Assembly (NCBI RefSeq): GCF_000007005.1
Contig: NC_002754.1
Source of the DNA: Saccharolobus solfataricus P2
GTDB taxonomy: Archaea > Thermoproteota > Thermoprotei_A > Sulfolobales > Sulfolobaceae
Length of the DNA: 64,000 bases
Strand: one strand, 5' to 3'
The notes under the pieces are model-generated. The model searched no databases. It saw only the letters and a program-made list of their open reading frames with translations, and had not been told where the DNA came from. Below are positions 17,809-28,660 of the stretch, in pieces. The position numbers and the translations under genes are program-made. Within the stretch, counting starts at the first letter, position 1. Every line of letters begins with the position of its first letter.

Positions 17809-19660
17809 TAACTTTTACAGAATATTAAAGCCAACAAAAGTAGGCAATGTTGAGGTAAAGAACGTAATAAAATACTCAGAAGGTATATCTATCTTACCAA
17901 ATGCCGTACCTAGATATGAATACTTTAGGGGATTAGAGGGTGAGAATGTAATTGATTTCATTGATTATAAGGGTGTAGATGACTTAGGTGACAAGCTACG
18001 AGTAAAGGCTGGTACTAAATGGAGTGAAGTTCTGGAAAAATATAAAGTAGAATTTTGGTCTAATGCGGATTTTTCTATTGGAGGGTCTGTATTCTTTAAT
18101 GACCCAATTACAGGCTTTAATGAATTTGGAAAGATAAATGGGAGAGTTGAAGTTGATGCCTACTTGGATGGCAAATATTACTCTGGACGATATAAGGGTG
18201 GAATTGTAATACATGTCTATTTGAAAAAAGAGGAAAAGGAAATAGTGTATAAAAGGTTATATGGAAACTTATCCGAATTAATTTCTATTATAAAAAGTTG
18301 GTATACTTCAAGAATACCAGTATTTAGGGAAGTTAGTCTAGTAAAGAAAGATAAGGAGAGTTATATACTGGTATCATATCCCAAAACAAGAGAAGTACTG
18401 CTACAGGGTTTATTAAGCGAGTTTAACGAAGAAAGTTCACCTATTGTTGAGAAGATAGAGTATGAGTATTGGTATCTAGGTTACTCACCTCTAAACACAA
18501 TTGATAGTATAATTAATCTTGCAAAAGAATCTCAGCTGTCGGTAATACGATTTAGAAAGGATGAAATCGCTTATTCAATTTACTCTAATAAGCGACTAGA
18601 GTCTATAAGAAACACTCTAGAGTATTCTACCATAGAGGGAGAAGGCTTATTCAATGGATGCATTCTATGCGGTAAATGTGTTAGTGTTTGCCCTTACGGT
18701 AAACAAACTAATGACGTATTCCATACTCCTCTTGGTTTCTATTCAATCACATATTTTGAGAAAGAGAACGATCTGGCTAATTGTCACATGTGTGGTTTAT
18801 GTGAACAAGTTTGTCCTGTAAGATTAGATATCACTAATGAATTAAGAAAAGCTACAAAAATTAATCAAATATCCCCTAAGAATCTACTCAGAAGTATTAA
18901 CAGCGATCTAAGTAGTGTTCTGATAATAACATCTTTATCAGAAGAACTTAATGATCAAATAATTAAGTCTCTTATATACTTAATTAAAAAAGGTAAGAGA
19001 GTAGGTATATTTTACCTAGCAGAAGACTTTTCGAAAATAGTGAAGAATGAGTTTAGTTTAGAGGGATTGTTAAAATTTAAAGAAATTTATACCATAACAC
19101 CTGAAGAATATTTCTATTTACAGAAACTAAAGAAAAGGACTGTAATAGATATATACAATATACAATTATTAGCAATGAACGACTTAAAAATGAATAAAGA
19201 TAACCTTCATATACCATGCTTGTTAGGGAGTGAGTTAAACGAGTCAAATTTTACTTGCACCAATGTGTTTCTTAATATCCTTAATAATAAGGATAATATT
19301 AATAGGACAATTGATAAAAAAGTTACACTATGCCCATTAACTGCAAGGGAATTAAATATTAAAACACCGTTAGATTTAGTTGAAATAAACTTAGATGAAA
19401 ATTATATTAGCGATTTTTACAAAAAGCTTGAGATCGGTACTAAAGATTTAGGAGAAGATATTGAGGAAGATTTAGGTTGGTACAAGGATATTGAGGATAG
19501 AATAGTAGATGAAGTATACTCTACACTAATAGATGGAATAATTAAAGGCGAGAACATAGAGAACTTAGTTCTACTGTATTTCAAACTAAATAGTATGGAC
19601 TTAACCAAAAATATTAAAGAGATCTTAATGGATAAGTTAACTAAAATTATTTTCTCCTAA
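17801..19660 (+). CDS. Divergent FAD-binding/2x[4Fe-4S] oxidoreductase-like protein (GlcD/GlcF-type fusion)
   Basis: N-terminal V-K-A-G-T-K-W...S-I-G-G PCMH-like region; [12 protein letters not shown] and [12 protein letters not shown] ferredoxin motifs. Confidence 0.68.
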   Translation: MHNNFYRILKPTKVGNVEVKNVIKYSEGISILPNAVPRYEYFRGLEGENVIDFIDYKGVDDLGDKLRVKAGTKWSEVLEKYKVEFWSNADFSIGGSVFFNDPITGFNEFGKINGRVEVDAYLDGKYYSGRYKGGIVIHVYLKKEEKEIVYKRLYGNLSELISIIKSWYTSRIPVFREVSLVKKDKESYILVSYPKTREVLLQGLLSEFNEESSPIVEKIEYEYWYLGYSPLNTIDSIINLAKESQLSVIRFRKDEIAYSIYSNKRLESIRNTLEYSTIEGEGLFNGCILCGKCVSVCPYGKQTNDVFHTPLGFYSITYFEKENDLANCHMCGLCEQVCPVRLDITNELRKATKINQISPKNLLRSINSDLSSVLIITSLSEELNDQIIKSLIYLIKKGKRVGIFYLAEDFSKIVKNEFSLEGLLKFKEIYTITPEEYFYLQKLKKRTVIDIYNIQLLAMNDLKMNKDNLHIPCLLGSELNESNFTCTNVFLNILNNKDNINRTIDKKVTLCPLTARELNIKTPLDLVEINLDENYISDFYKKLEIGTKDLGEDIEEDLGWYKDIEDRIVDEVYSTLIDGIIKGENIENLVLLYFKLNSMDLTKNIKEILMDKLTKIIFS

Positions 19661-20195
19661 CAATATAAAGCAGATGGCCAATTTCTGGTAATATCAATTC
19701 CTTCATAGCTAATCTTACAGCGTCAGGTGAACCGGGCAACAGGAAAATTACCTTGTCGTTTATTATTCCAGCAGTAGCTTTTGTCAAATATGATGCGGAT
19801 TTAACTTCAGGATCATTATAGCTCACCAGTCTAAATACATCGGAAAAACCCTCGATTTCTCTATCGAATATTCTTCTTATAGTCTCTACTGTGACATCAC
19901 TCTGCGTATAACCAGTACCGCCTGTTGATATAATTACGTCAGTTTGGGAATTATCTAAGGCGTTTGCAAAAGCTTTAAGTATTTTTACTTTCTCATCCGG
20001 CACTAATTCGTAACCTATTATATTATAGTTCGATTGTATAATTAACTGTTTTATAATATCCCCGGACTCATCTATTAAAGGTTCCTTTCTCACTAATTTC
20101 TCATATCTAGAAGTACTTATTGTAATTACGTAAAAGTTTATATTAGTAGGAGCGTGTTGCCTATGTTGTTTATGAGCTGACATAAGATTATTCAA
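19647..20195 (-). CDS. moaB: Molybdenum cofactor biosynthesis protein B
   Basis: DESG, STGGTG..QSDVT, EIEGF, S-x-A-x-A-G and LPGSPDA. Confidence 0.9.
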   Translation of the reverse strand: MNNLMSAHKQHRQHAPTNINFYVITISTSRYEKLVRKEPLIDESGDIIKQLIIQSNYNIIGYELVPDEKVKILKAFANALDNSQTDVIISTGGTGYTQSDVTVETIRRIFDREIEGFSDVFRLVSYNDPEVKSASYLTKATAGIINDKVIFLLPGSPDAVRLAMKELILPEIGHLLYIVRRK

Positions 20196-20198
20196 TCT

Positions 20199-21008
20199 TC
20201 AAAATGATTTTAACTTTACTATTTCAGCTATATCTAAATCCATATCGTTAAATTCATCCCTCACCAGAATCTTTCCTTTAATAAAAATTTCCATATTAGG
20301 TAATAGTTCTGTAAATCTAGTCCTAAAACTAGTTAAAATATACTCGTTGCCATGATTGTCAGTTACAAGATACTTTACTGGAATAGTAAATGGTTTAATT
20401 GATTTTAAAATTCTCACATATCCTTCAAATTCCTTTACTTCCCTAACTGGACCAAATTTTTCACATTGGACAATTTTAAATGTATATCCTCGCCCTTCAA
20501 AAATGCCTTCTAAAATCCTTTTACTTTTTAAAATCTTAAATGAAGAATAGTCTAGAGTCTCTATTTCAGACTCTTCGACAGTGGATAACGGTTTAGTGAT
20601 CCCCTTTTTTCTTAACTCCTCTAAGACGTAATAATGTTCTGGTTTGAAGCTCAAGAAGTCCATATCATTACCCTTGCCTAAATACAAATAGCTCCCAGTA
20701 ATTCCTACATCTCCATTAAAAAAGCGCAGGAATTCTCTTACTCTGTTATTGAATATCTTAGCATTGAATGGATCTAAGATTTCACTTTCGTTTAGGGGAA
20801 CTAAAGGTACATTAAATCCTATCTCATCAACATATTTTAATAAATTGCTAAATTTAGTTCTTACTACTTCTAACGCATCATTTAACCTCTTGATCTTTAC
20901 CCCATTGAATAATCTAGGTATTGCAACAGCATACCCATCTGGATGATAGCATCCTTTAATGCTCCATATTACATCTCTATATTTTAGAAAATAACCCTCA
21001 ACTATCAT
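20199..21008 (-). CDS. Predicted Pol-beta-superfamily nucleotidyltransferase (COG1665-like)
   Basis: GITGSYL..G.GNDMDF (GS...DxD); N-terminal KGCYHP; beta-rich C-terminus. Confidence 0.6.
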   Translation of the reverse strand: MIVEGYFLKYRDVIWSIKGCYHPDGYAVAIPRLFNGVKIKRLNDALEVVRTKFSNLLKYVDEIGFNVPLVPLNESEILDPFNAKIFNNRVREFLRFFNGDVGITGSYLYLGKGNDMDFLSFKPEHYYVLEELRKKGITKPLSTVEESEIETLDYSSFKILKSKRILEGIFEGRGYTFKIVQCEKFGPVREVKEFEGYVRILKSIKPFTIPVKYLVTDNHGNEYILTSFRTRFTELLPNMEIFIKGKILVRDEFNDMDLDIAEIVKLKSF

Positions 21009-21033
21009 ACTCTTAGTTAACTTTTTAATAACT

Positions 21034-22064
21034 ATGACTTATCAACATTACGATTTGAAGGTCATTATAGTCGGAGGAGGAATAGTAGGTAGTTCGATTT
21101 ATAGATTGTTAAAGAAAAATGGAATTGAAGTACAATTAATTGATCCTAAAGTAAAAAGACCATTTCCAAGTCTAATCCATTCTTTGTTGTTAAAGGGAAA
21201 AGATATTGAATTAGCTAAATTGTCTTTAAATTTTTATAAAAAATTTAACATCCCTTATTACCCTTTTAAATCATACACTTTAGGTAAAATCAACTCTTCA
21301 ATAATAGACTCGTGGATCTCTGCCGGAGTTAATATTAACGTAAAATATGTAAATTGGATAAATGACCAGGCCATTGAGGCCATTGGCGGAGATGGATTAG
21401 TGTCCATCGGAAGTTTAATAAACAGTACAGAAAAGATTATATATCAGTCCAATATTGTCATCGACAAGGGTAAGGGATTTGTTAAATTAATAATAAACTA
21501 TATGAAAGCGATTTGATAATTCTCTCTGCTGGAGCGTGGAGTAAATATTTAATTAACGTTAAGCTCCCTGTAAAGACTTACTATTGTTGGGCTTCACTAT
21601 TTTTAAGTAAAAAGAAAGAGGTAGGATCTAATATAATATATGATTACGTTAATAACTTCTATTCTAGACCAGTTATAGGGCTTGGATTTCCGTTAGCTAT
21701 TATGGGAGATGGAAAAGCTATAGAAACTACTCCTTTACAGCAAAATATCTGTATAGAAGATAAGAATGAAGTTTCCGCTAGAATTTCCAGGAGGCTAGGT
21801 GAAGTCAAGGAGTTATATACTTCTGGTAGTTTTTGTGAAGCCACGCCAGACATGAGACCAGCATATGGAAAAATAGCTGAAAATGTATATTTTATAGGTG
21901 GATTTAACGGTTATGGAGCTGAGGTAGGGCCAGGGTTAGCTCATGTCCTTGTAGAGGAGATTTTATCTAAAAAAGAAGATACTTATTTTACGGAATATAG
22001 ACTAGAAAGGCTTAATGGGTATGATGGCAATTTCGAAATAGGGCAAGAACCTCATGAGTTATAG
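21034..22064 (+). pseudogene. FAD-dependent oxidoreductase (DAO/sarcosine oxidase beta family) split by a -1 frameshift near 21489
   Basis: ORF1 has GGGIVG; ORF2 has SAGAW, TPDMRP and GFNGYG..GP. The second frame is open upstream as NNKLYESDLIIL, so a fusion gives about 343 aa. Confidence 0.8.
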
Positions 22065-22492
22065 ATTCTTAAATGAGCTTTTATCGTTTCATCCTCACTT
22101 ATGGATAGCTTGCTAATTTCTAAATGAGACCTCTGCTTATCTCTACATTTTATGCAATCGTATAGTATCCACGCTCCTAAAAATTCGTCACCATAATAAT
22201 ATTTAATTCCTCTCCATCCCTCTTTGATAAGCAAACTATCGGCTACTTTCTCATTCGTAGTTGGAAATGCCACCATTTTCTCTAATTTTATGTAATACGG
22301 AGAGTAATTCTTGAAATATTTTGCGTGTATAAGTACTGAAAATGGTGTGTAAAATTCATCTATATCACTTACCTTAACTATTTGTACAATGTTATTATTG
22401 TCAACGTATATCGCTACGTTTCTATAATCTTGGAACAGATCTTCCAGAAATGACCAAGGGGAAGGTTGTGATCCTAATAGCCATGATATCAT
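22052..22492 (-). CDS. Hypothetical protein
   Basis: 146-aa ORF with normal composition and no motif recognised. Confidence 0.6.
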   Translation of the reverse strand: MISWLLGSQPSPWSFLEDLFQDYRNVAIYVDNNNIVQIVKVSDIDEFYTPFSVLIHAKYFKNYSPYYIKLEKMVAFPTTNEKVADSLLIKEGWRGIKYYYGDEFLGAWILYDCIKCRDKQRSHLEISKLSISEDETIKAHLRIYNS

Positions 22493-22536
22493 AGTTAGTA
22501 GACTTTTTAACTGGAAAATAAAAAATTATTTCGAAA

Positions 22537-22585
22537 ATGATGAAGTGACGGTTTTCTGAGTTGTGAAGACCATTCCCCTCACTGA
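22537..22585 (+). ncRNA. C/D box guide sRNA
   Basis: C box ATGATGA 22537-43, 12-nt guide, D' CTGA 22556-59, C' GTGAAGA 22563-69, 12-nt guide, D CTGA 22582-85; intergenic. Confidence 0.8.
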
Positions 22586-22597
22586 GGCAGATATTAT

Positions 22598-23215
22598 ATG
22601 AGATCCAAATTGATGTTTATTAGTGATCTAGAAAAATTAGCTAAAAGACTAGAGGAATTGTATGGAGATATAGAACTAGATGATATAGTACAAAGACTAA
22701 TAGATTTTTATGAATTAGGATTCACAAATATTAACCACTCCAGTCTACAATTAATATTATCTGCTTACTTCAAGAGTCTAGGCTATAGAGTATTCGTGGA
22801 GTATGAGAAGAAAGGAAAACTACTTGATCTCTACGTTAGTGATGAAGATATGGGAATAGAAGTAGAATATGGTTATATACCCAATTCAGATGCCATAGAT
22901 GCTGAAGAGTATCTATTAAGTAGAATTTCACTAAAAATTCTGAGGTATAGTAGTTTATCATCGAAGTTCTATATTGCAGTGCCCTCTTTTTATATGCCAC
23001 CTATCCCCGAGGAATTAACAGCTGACGTAAAAGATAAAGCAAAACTGAGGAGAGTAATTGAAATAATTAGAAAATTTTATAAAATTAATGATGTAACTTT
23101 TAATGATGTAAAATTAGCTAAAATTAATGGTATAATATCTGTAGATATTAGCAACTTAAGTATAAGTGTAATCGATATTAGAAAGTATAAACAGCTAAAG
23201 GACTCTTACAAATAG
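22598..23215 (+). CDS. Hypothetical protein, PD-(D/E)XK-like fold
   Basis: GYRVFVEY...LDLYV....GIEVEYG pattern. Confidence 0.5.
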   Translation: MRSKLMFISDLEKLAKRLEELYGDIELDDIVQRLIDFYELGFTNINHSSLQLILSAYFKSLGYRVFVEYEKKGKLLDLYVSDEDMGIEVEYGYIPNSDAIDAEEYLLSRISLKILRYSSLSSKFYIAVPSFYMPPIPEELTADVKDKAKLRRVIEIIRKFYKINDVTFNDVKLAKINGIISVDISNLSISVIDIRKYKQLKDSYK

Positions 23216-23842
23216 ATAAAGAAATAGAAACGATAAAAACGGCACAGAAATATTATCATCGATATACGGTAATAGTTCAGCAACGGTAGCAAGGATTCCG
23301 GCTATTAAACCAGGTATATTTAATACAAAGTAGCCTACTGTAGCGCAGAATATTAACATTCCCATTGATCCCCAAAGTCCTTTAACTCTCCTCTTATACA
23401 CAAAATTTCTTATTATTCCGGTTATGCCATCACCAAAAGACATGAAGATTAAGGGAAGAACAGCAACGTAAATTAGATCAGTGCTAGTCCAATAATTGGG
23501 ATCTAAAATAAACATTACTAATAAAACAGTCCCAAAGGAGAACGCGAAGAACACTTCCCCTAAATTTTCCTTATCCATAAACCAACTCATCTCTTTCCTT
23601 AGCACTCTTATGGTTATCAAATACGCCATAATGAGATAAGATGTAATTATTGGAACTAAGGGAGAGTTAAAAACAAATGGAGATAGTACTGCTACAATCC
23701 CCCCTCCTAACATGTGTATTGCCTTTCTAGTTACATATGCTCCGAATTTTTTTGAGATTAACTTAGAAATGTACAGAACAACAATCGCCACCCATATACT
23801 TAGCGCTATTCCCCAAGCGATATCGCTAATAGTTATTAACAT
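23195..23842 (-). CDS. Dolichol/phytol kinase-like CTP-dependent membrane kinase (SEC59/COG0170)
   Basis: RKAIH, FGDG.TGIIR, K-G-L-W-G-S, AE and DDNISVP motifs. Confidence 0.8.
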   Translation of the reverse strand: MLITISDIAWGIALSIWVAIVVLYISKLISKKFGAYVTRKAIHMLGGGIVAVLSPFVFNSPLVPIITSYLIMAYLITIRVLRKEMSWFMDKENLGEVFFAFSFGTVLLVMFILDPNYWTSTDLIYVAVLPLIFMSFGDGITGIIRNFVYKRRVKGLWGSMGMLIFCATVGYFVLNIPGLIAGILATVAELLPYIDDNISVPFLSFLFLYLFVRVL

Positions 23843-23894
23843 CCACCATAATTCTCAATGAATCCTTTAAAAATTAATCCACAATAATCAAATT

Positions 23895-24512
23895 ATGCAA
23901 TTATACAAATACTCATTAAAGGACGGATATTTGGTTCCAAATGAAAATGGTGATGTTACAGTATTCGTGGAAGGAAATTTTATCTCAATAACTGATAAAA
24001 ACGGTAATAAGATAGAAGGCGCTAGATTTAAGTATCTAGGGAATGAATACCTCCTCTTAGAAAAACTTAGGTATTTGGCGAAGTTAGTTAACGTAGATGT
24101 AGATGAGGATGTTCTTTTGGCTCACCCTACATTAAGAAATAGAACACTTGCAATAAACAAACTTATGGGCGAACTATTTGAAGTTTTCATTTATAATCTC
24201 TTGCTAGCAAAGGACTATAAGGTAAAAAGACAATTTGAAATTTATCCTTCGCTTCGTAAATTCACTCATACTAGATGGCATAATAGGCCCGACTTTATAG
24301 TAGAAGACAAGCTCGTAATTGAGGCCAAAATTCACAAAAATGATTACCTACAGACTCTAGAGTACTCTAAATATTTCAAGTACGGTATGGCAGTATTTCC
24401 ATTTACTGGAGAGTGTAGAGTACCTAAAGGTTGGATTTGTATATTTAACACCACAAAGGATCAGTCTAGATTCTACTCTCTTCTTGAAGATTTATTATCT
24501 AGAGTTAAGTAA
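23895..24512 (+). CDS. PD-(D/E)XK restriction-endonuclease-like protein
   Basis: GELFE...RPDFIV....IEAK...QTLEY. Confidence 0.65.
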   Translation: MQLYKYSLKDGYLVPNENGDVTVFVEGNFISITDKNGNKIEGARFKYLGNEYLLLEKLRYLAKLVNVDVDEDVLLAHPTLRNRTLAINKLMGELFEVFIYNLLLAKDYKVKRQFEIYPSLRKFTHTRWHNRPDFIVEDKLVIEAKIHKNDYLQTLEYSKYFKYGMAVFPFTGECRVPKGWICIFNTTKDQSRFYSLLEDLLSRVK

Positions 24513-24519
24513 TTGCCAT

Positions 24520-25713
24520 ATGGAAATTGGCACTCCCTTATTTGAAGGTTCGAAGAAAATCCTTCTACTTGGAAGTGGAGAGTTAGGAAAGGAAATGGCT
24601 ATTGAGGCACAAAGAATGGGATTAGAAGTTGTTGCTTTAGATAGATACGATCTAGCTCCTGCCATGCACGTTGCTCACAGAAAGTATGTAGTAGATATGA
24701 TGAATCCAAACGCTATTAAGGCAGTAGTGAAAAGGGAAAGACCAGATGCGATTATAGCTGAAATAGAGGCAATTAATACAGACGCATTAATTGAACTTGA
24801 AAGCAACGGCTTTAGAGTGGTTCCTAATGCAAATGCAGTAAAAGCTTGCATGAATAGAATTGAATTAAGAAGATTTGCTGCAGAAAAACTTAAACTTCCA
24901 ACTACGAAATACGCATTTGCCGAAAATGAAGAAGAGGTAAAACGAGCTTGTAAGGATATTGGTTTTCCTTGTCTGATTAAACCGGAGATGAGCTCTAGTG
25001 GGCATGGCCATGTATTAGTCAATAAAATCGAGAATGTAGAGGAAGCTTATAGAGAGTCTATATCTCACGCTAGAGGTAAGAGTAGAAGAGTCATTGTAGA
25101 AGAGTTCGTAAAAATAGATACTGAGCTAACAGTATTAACGTATAGATATCATTCGAATTCTGATAGCATAATAACTAAGACCATTGAACCAATAGAACAT
25201 AAGAGACCAAGCTATTATTATGTTGAGTCATGGCATCCTTCTAATGTAAGCCAAGGAGTGAAAGAGACTGCTAGGGGAATCGCACAAAAGGTTGCAGAAG
25301 AACTAGGAGGTCTAGGAATATATGGTGTTGAAATAATAGTTAGTGGAAATAGAATTCTCTTTAGCGAAGTAGCGCCCAGACCCCATGATACTGGATTAGT
25401 TACATTAGCTAGTAGCGATATAAATGAATTCCAAATTCATGTTAGAAGTGCAATAGGCTTGCCGACTCCAGAAGTTAAGTTAGTTTCCCCAGCGGCCTCT
25501 CATGTGATTTTAGCACAAACAGAAAATGTTTGGGGACCTAAATTTCTAAACATAGAGAAGGCAATGGAGATTCCGGGCGTACAAGTTAGGTTGTTCGGAA
25601 AACCTGTTACATACGAGAAGAGAAGAATGGGTGTAGTATTGGCAACTGGAAATAGTGTAGAAGAGGCGTTAGAAAAAGTTAGAAAGGCATCTTCAATAAT
25701 ATTAGTTAAGTGA
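24520..25713 (+). CDS. purT: Formate-dependent phosphoribosylglycinamide formyltransferase
   Basis: [29 protein letters not shown] and FGKP...RRMGV; start placed at the internal ATG 24520. Confidence 0.95.
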   Translation: MEIGTPLFEGSKKILLLGSGELGKEMAIEAQRMGLEVVALDRYDLAPAMHVAHRKYVVDMMNPNAIKAVVKRERPDAIIAEIEAINTDALIELESNGFRVVPNANAVKACMNRIELRRFAAEKLKLPTTKYAFAENEEEVKRACKDIGFPCLIKPEMSSSGHGHVLVNKIENVEEAYRESISHARGKSRRVIVEEFVKIDTELTVLTYRYHSNSDSIITKTIEPIEHKRPSYYYVESWHPSNVSQGVKETARGIAQKVAEELGGLGIYGVEIIVSGNRILFSEVAPRPHDTGLVTLASSDINEFQIHVRSAIGLPTPEVKLVSPAASHVILAQTENVWGPKFLNIEKAMEIPGVQVRLFGKPVTYEKRRMGVVLATGNSVEEALEKVRKASSIILVK

Positions 25714-26757
25714 ATGTATCTTCTTTATTAGACTTATAGTGTTTCTTATTTTCTCCATAACAAACTGCGACGATTTAGTTGAGAAGGAGTCATGAAGAGT
25801 TTCATATTCTAAGTCGTATATTCCAGCTATCTCGGCTATTGAAATTGTCCAAATTCTGGCAGTCGCATCGTAATTATATCCACCCCCACCTAACATTATG
25901 AGCCTACCATTAGAATATTCGTGAACTAGGCGATGGATCTTGGTTACCACATCTAAATAGCCATGGGTAGATAATTTTAACTCAACTAAAGGGTCGTTAA
26001 AATGAGAATCACCACCTGCTACAAGAATAATTAGTTCTGGCTTATATCTTTCTATAGCGGGGACTACTATTTCGTCGAAGGCTAAGAGATAACCATCATC
26101 TCCAGTACCAGGTGGAAGAGGGATATTGATAGTATACCCTTCCCCTTTCCCTAGCCCGATCTCGTTCACATCCCCGGTACCCGGGAAGAAATTAGGATGA
26201 AACATGTGTAAAGAAATTTTCAAAATATTATTATCATCAATTAATAGCTCTTGTGTACCATCAGCGTGATGACCATCTATATCAACTATGGCTATTCTTG
26301 AAAAGAAACTCTCCCCTAATTTAGATATTAGAGCCACATCGTTAAAAACGCAAAAACCAGCTGCTCTATTCCTCTTTGCATGATGAAAACCTCCACCAAT
26401 ATTGATAGTGTGGTTAAATTCTCCACTTTTTATTAACTCTAATGCCTTTACACTACCACTTACTCTGATTAATGCCGCCTCATATATACCCTTAAACGCT
26501 GGAGTATCTCCGTCATCCAAATAGCCTTGACCCTCCTTACTTTTATATTTTACAAATTCTATATATTCTTTGGAGTGTACCAGCTGAAGAGCCTCTTCTG
26601 GAATCGACTTGGGTTCAACTAGTGTGATGAAATGAAATGCACCTCTTTCTTCTAGGAGCCTTTTAGTCATGCTTTCTCTCAGGGATTTAAATGGATGATA
26701 GTCTGGGAACGAATAGTTATAATATTCGTCTGTCCATATAAAAGCCGTTTTGTGCAA
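25702..26757 (-). CDS. acuC: Acetoin utilization AcuC / histone deacetylase family protein
   Basis: [34 protein letters not shown] and GGGGY. Confidence 0.9.
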   Translation of the reverse strand: MHKTAFIWTDEYYNYSFPDYHPFKSLRESMTKRLLEERGAFHFITLVEPKSIPEEALQLVHSKEYIEFVKYKSKEGQGYLDDGDTPAFKGIYEAALIRVSGSVKALELIKSGEFNHTINIGGGFHHAKRNRAAGFCVFNDVALISKLGESFFSRIAIVDIDGHHADGTQELLIDDNNILKISLHMFHPNFFPGTGDVNEIGLGKGEGYTINIPLPPGTGDDGYLLAFDEIVVPAIERYKPELIILVAGGDSHFNDPLVELKLSTHGYLDVVTKIHRLVHEYSNGRLIMLGGGGYNYDATARIWTISIAEIAGIYDLEYETLHDSFSTKSSQFVMEKIRNTISLIKKIHSLN

Positions 26758-26804
26758 AGTATATCACTACTTTTTTATTTTTCAATTTAAAATACTTATC
26801 TAGT

Positions 26805-27947
26805 ATGATAGATAACACACTCATCACAAAGCCGAGTTATGTTGCGCATAGTATGGATAAATTGAGCGATATTATTTCTAAGATGAAAGAAAACAAGATG
26901 TGGACTGTACCCGTTATCAAGGATAGGAAATTAATAGGTTTGATCTCTTATAAAGATCTTCTTTCTAGAAGGGTGAGTCTAGAGACTAAAGCGATAAACA
27001 TTATGAGTCCCAGTGTTACTGTACAAATTGATGAGGATATTAATAGATTAATTGCAAAATTCTATACTACTAAGGCTAGAGTAATACCAGTCATAAATGA
27101 GAAGCGGGAATTTATTGGTTTAGTAACAAGGGAGTCATTACTCTCGTATTTGCTGAAAGCAAACGAAATCCCAGAAAATAGGACTGCAAGAGAATACATG
27201 ACCTCTCCAGCTACATCAATAGACGAAAACGATTCTATAGCCAGGGCAAGATGGTTAATGATAAGAGATAATATAAGCAGACTGCCAGCAACTAAAGAGT
27301 ATAGACTAACTGGAATCATAAGTGCAAGAGACATAGTTGATGCTTTGTACAGTGTAAGTGGAAGGAAAAGAGAGTCGATAATGAAAGATGAAGAAAGGGT
27401 TATGGCGATGCCAGTTAAAGAAATTATGAAGTACCCGGTTATAACGGCAAATGGAAAAGACTCACTGACGGATGTAGTAGAGAAACTACTTAAATTTAGA
27501 ATCTCTGGAATGCCCGTTATGGAAGGCGATAGATTAAGCGGTGTAATAAGCGGATTAGATATTATTAAGGCAGTAGCTGAAAAAATGCAACTATCAATAC
27601 CCATTGAAGCTAAAATACCTCAAGAGCTAAAATCCAACTTAGAGTTTAAGGCAAACATAGATGACATACTTGAAAGATATTTAAGTAAAATAGAAAGGTT
27701 AACCGAAGTTATAAACTTTAAGGTATCGTTTAAGGAAGAAATGAGGAGTAGTACGGGAAATAAAAAACTATATACTGCAATGGTAAGGGTAACTACTAAA
27801 ATAGGTGATTATGTAGCTAGGGATACAGATTGGGAACCCGTAGTTGCGTTAAAGAATGCTGTAGAAAAAATAGAGGAAAGAATATTAAGAAAACTAAGAA
27901 AAATAGAAGAGAGTAACAAAAAAGGGATTAAGGCAGAAGAGGCTTGA
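26805..27947 (+). CDS. 4xCBS-domain protein with C-terminal HPF/RaiA-like domain (Hib-type hibernation factor candidate)
   Basis: Four CBS repeats (VPV/IPV/LPA/MPV...G-I-I-S), then an ~95-aa beta-alpha-beta-beta-beta-alpha region ending in DWEPVVALKNAVEKIEERI. Confidence 0.75.
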   Translation: MIDNTLITKPSYVAHSMDKLSDIISKMKENKMWTVPVIKDRKLIGLISYKDLLSRRVSLETKAINIMSPSVTVQIDEDINRLIAKFYTTKARVIPVINEKREFIGLVTRESLLSYLLKANEIPENRTAREYMTSPATSIDENDSIARARWLMIRDNISRLPATKEYRLTGIISARDIVDALYSVSGRKRESIMKDEERVMAMPVKEIMKYPVITANGKDSLTDVVEKLLKFRISGMPVMEGDRLSGVISGLDIIKAVAEKMQLSIPIEAKIPQELKSNLEFKANIDDILERYLSKIERLTEVINFKVSFKEEMRSSTGNKKLYTAMVRVTTKIGDYVARDTDWEPVVALKNAVEKIEERILRKLRKIEESNKKGIKAEEA

Positions 27948-28660
27948 AAATTGGAGTAGTGCAACCTTTAGAAGTTAAGTCAGCAATTTTACTAGCTGAA
28001 AAAGCATTAAAGGAGGGAGCAGAGCTAGTACTATTACCAGAAAAATGGACAAGAAATATAGATGATGTACCACTGCTTGAATTTCAGAAATTAGCTAAAA
28101 GATACACCGCTTATATCTTACCTGGAGCATTTGAAGATGGAGTATCAGTAATCACTCCAATAATTGATGATAGTGGAAACCTAAAAGGAATAGCGAAGAA
28201 AATTCACCTATTTAATGAAGAAAGAGTGAGACTCATTCCAGGTAATGAAGCAGTCCTCTTTACCTATAGAGGAATAAGGTTCGGAATCTCAATATGCTAT
28301 GATATAGACTTCCCTGAAGTGGTCAGAGAATTATTTTCTAAAGGAGCCGAGATAATATTGGTACCCTCAAAAATAAGAAGCAATGGTTTAGATATTTGGA
28401 ATGAATTCCTTAGGATAAGAGTCTTGGAAAATAGGATAGGAATAGTAAACGCAAACGTATACAATCCACCAGATTTCCCTGGAAGAAGTGTGGCTATCGT
28501 TCCGGAACAGAGACAAGATGGTATTGTTATACCTAAAGTAGTAGGAGAATTAGGAAGTGAAGAAAGTTATATGATAGTTGATATAGACCCGTTAAAATAC
28601 ATGTATCTACGAGGAGATAGATTAAAAGAGTACGTCAAATTTACAGTTAAGGAATTATAA
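27944..28660 (+). CDS. Carbon-nitrogen hydrolase (nitrilase family)
   Basis: LLPE, KKIHLF and ICYDIDFPE catalytic triad. Confidence 0.9.
   Translation: MKIGVVQPLEVKSAILLAEKALKEGAELVLLPEKWTRNIDDVPLLEFQKLAKRYTAYILPGAFEDGVSVITPIIDDSGNLKGIAKKIHLFNEERVRLIPGNEAVLFTYRGIRFGISICYDIDFPEVVRELFSKGAEIILVPSKIRSNGLDIWNEFLRIRVLENRIGIVNANVYNPPDFPGRSVAIVPEQRQDGIVIPKVVGELGSEESYMIVDIDPLKYMYLRGDRLKEYVKFTVKEL

Noticed and set aside
25083-25092. Exact TAGAAGAGTC match to SegB site 1 inside purT; similar partial matches at 20569 and 29310
   Set aside because: They lack the second palindrome arm, and matches of this length are expected by chance in 64 kb of AT-rich DNA.
5351-26757. Two HDAC/AcuC paralogs within 20 kb
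   Set aside because: They are divergent, in different contexts, and multiple paralogs are common.
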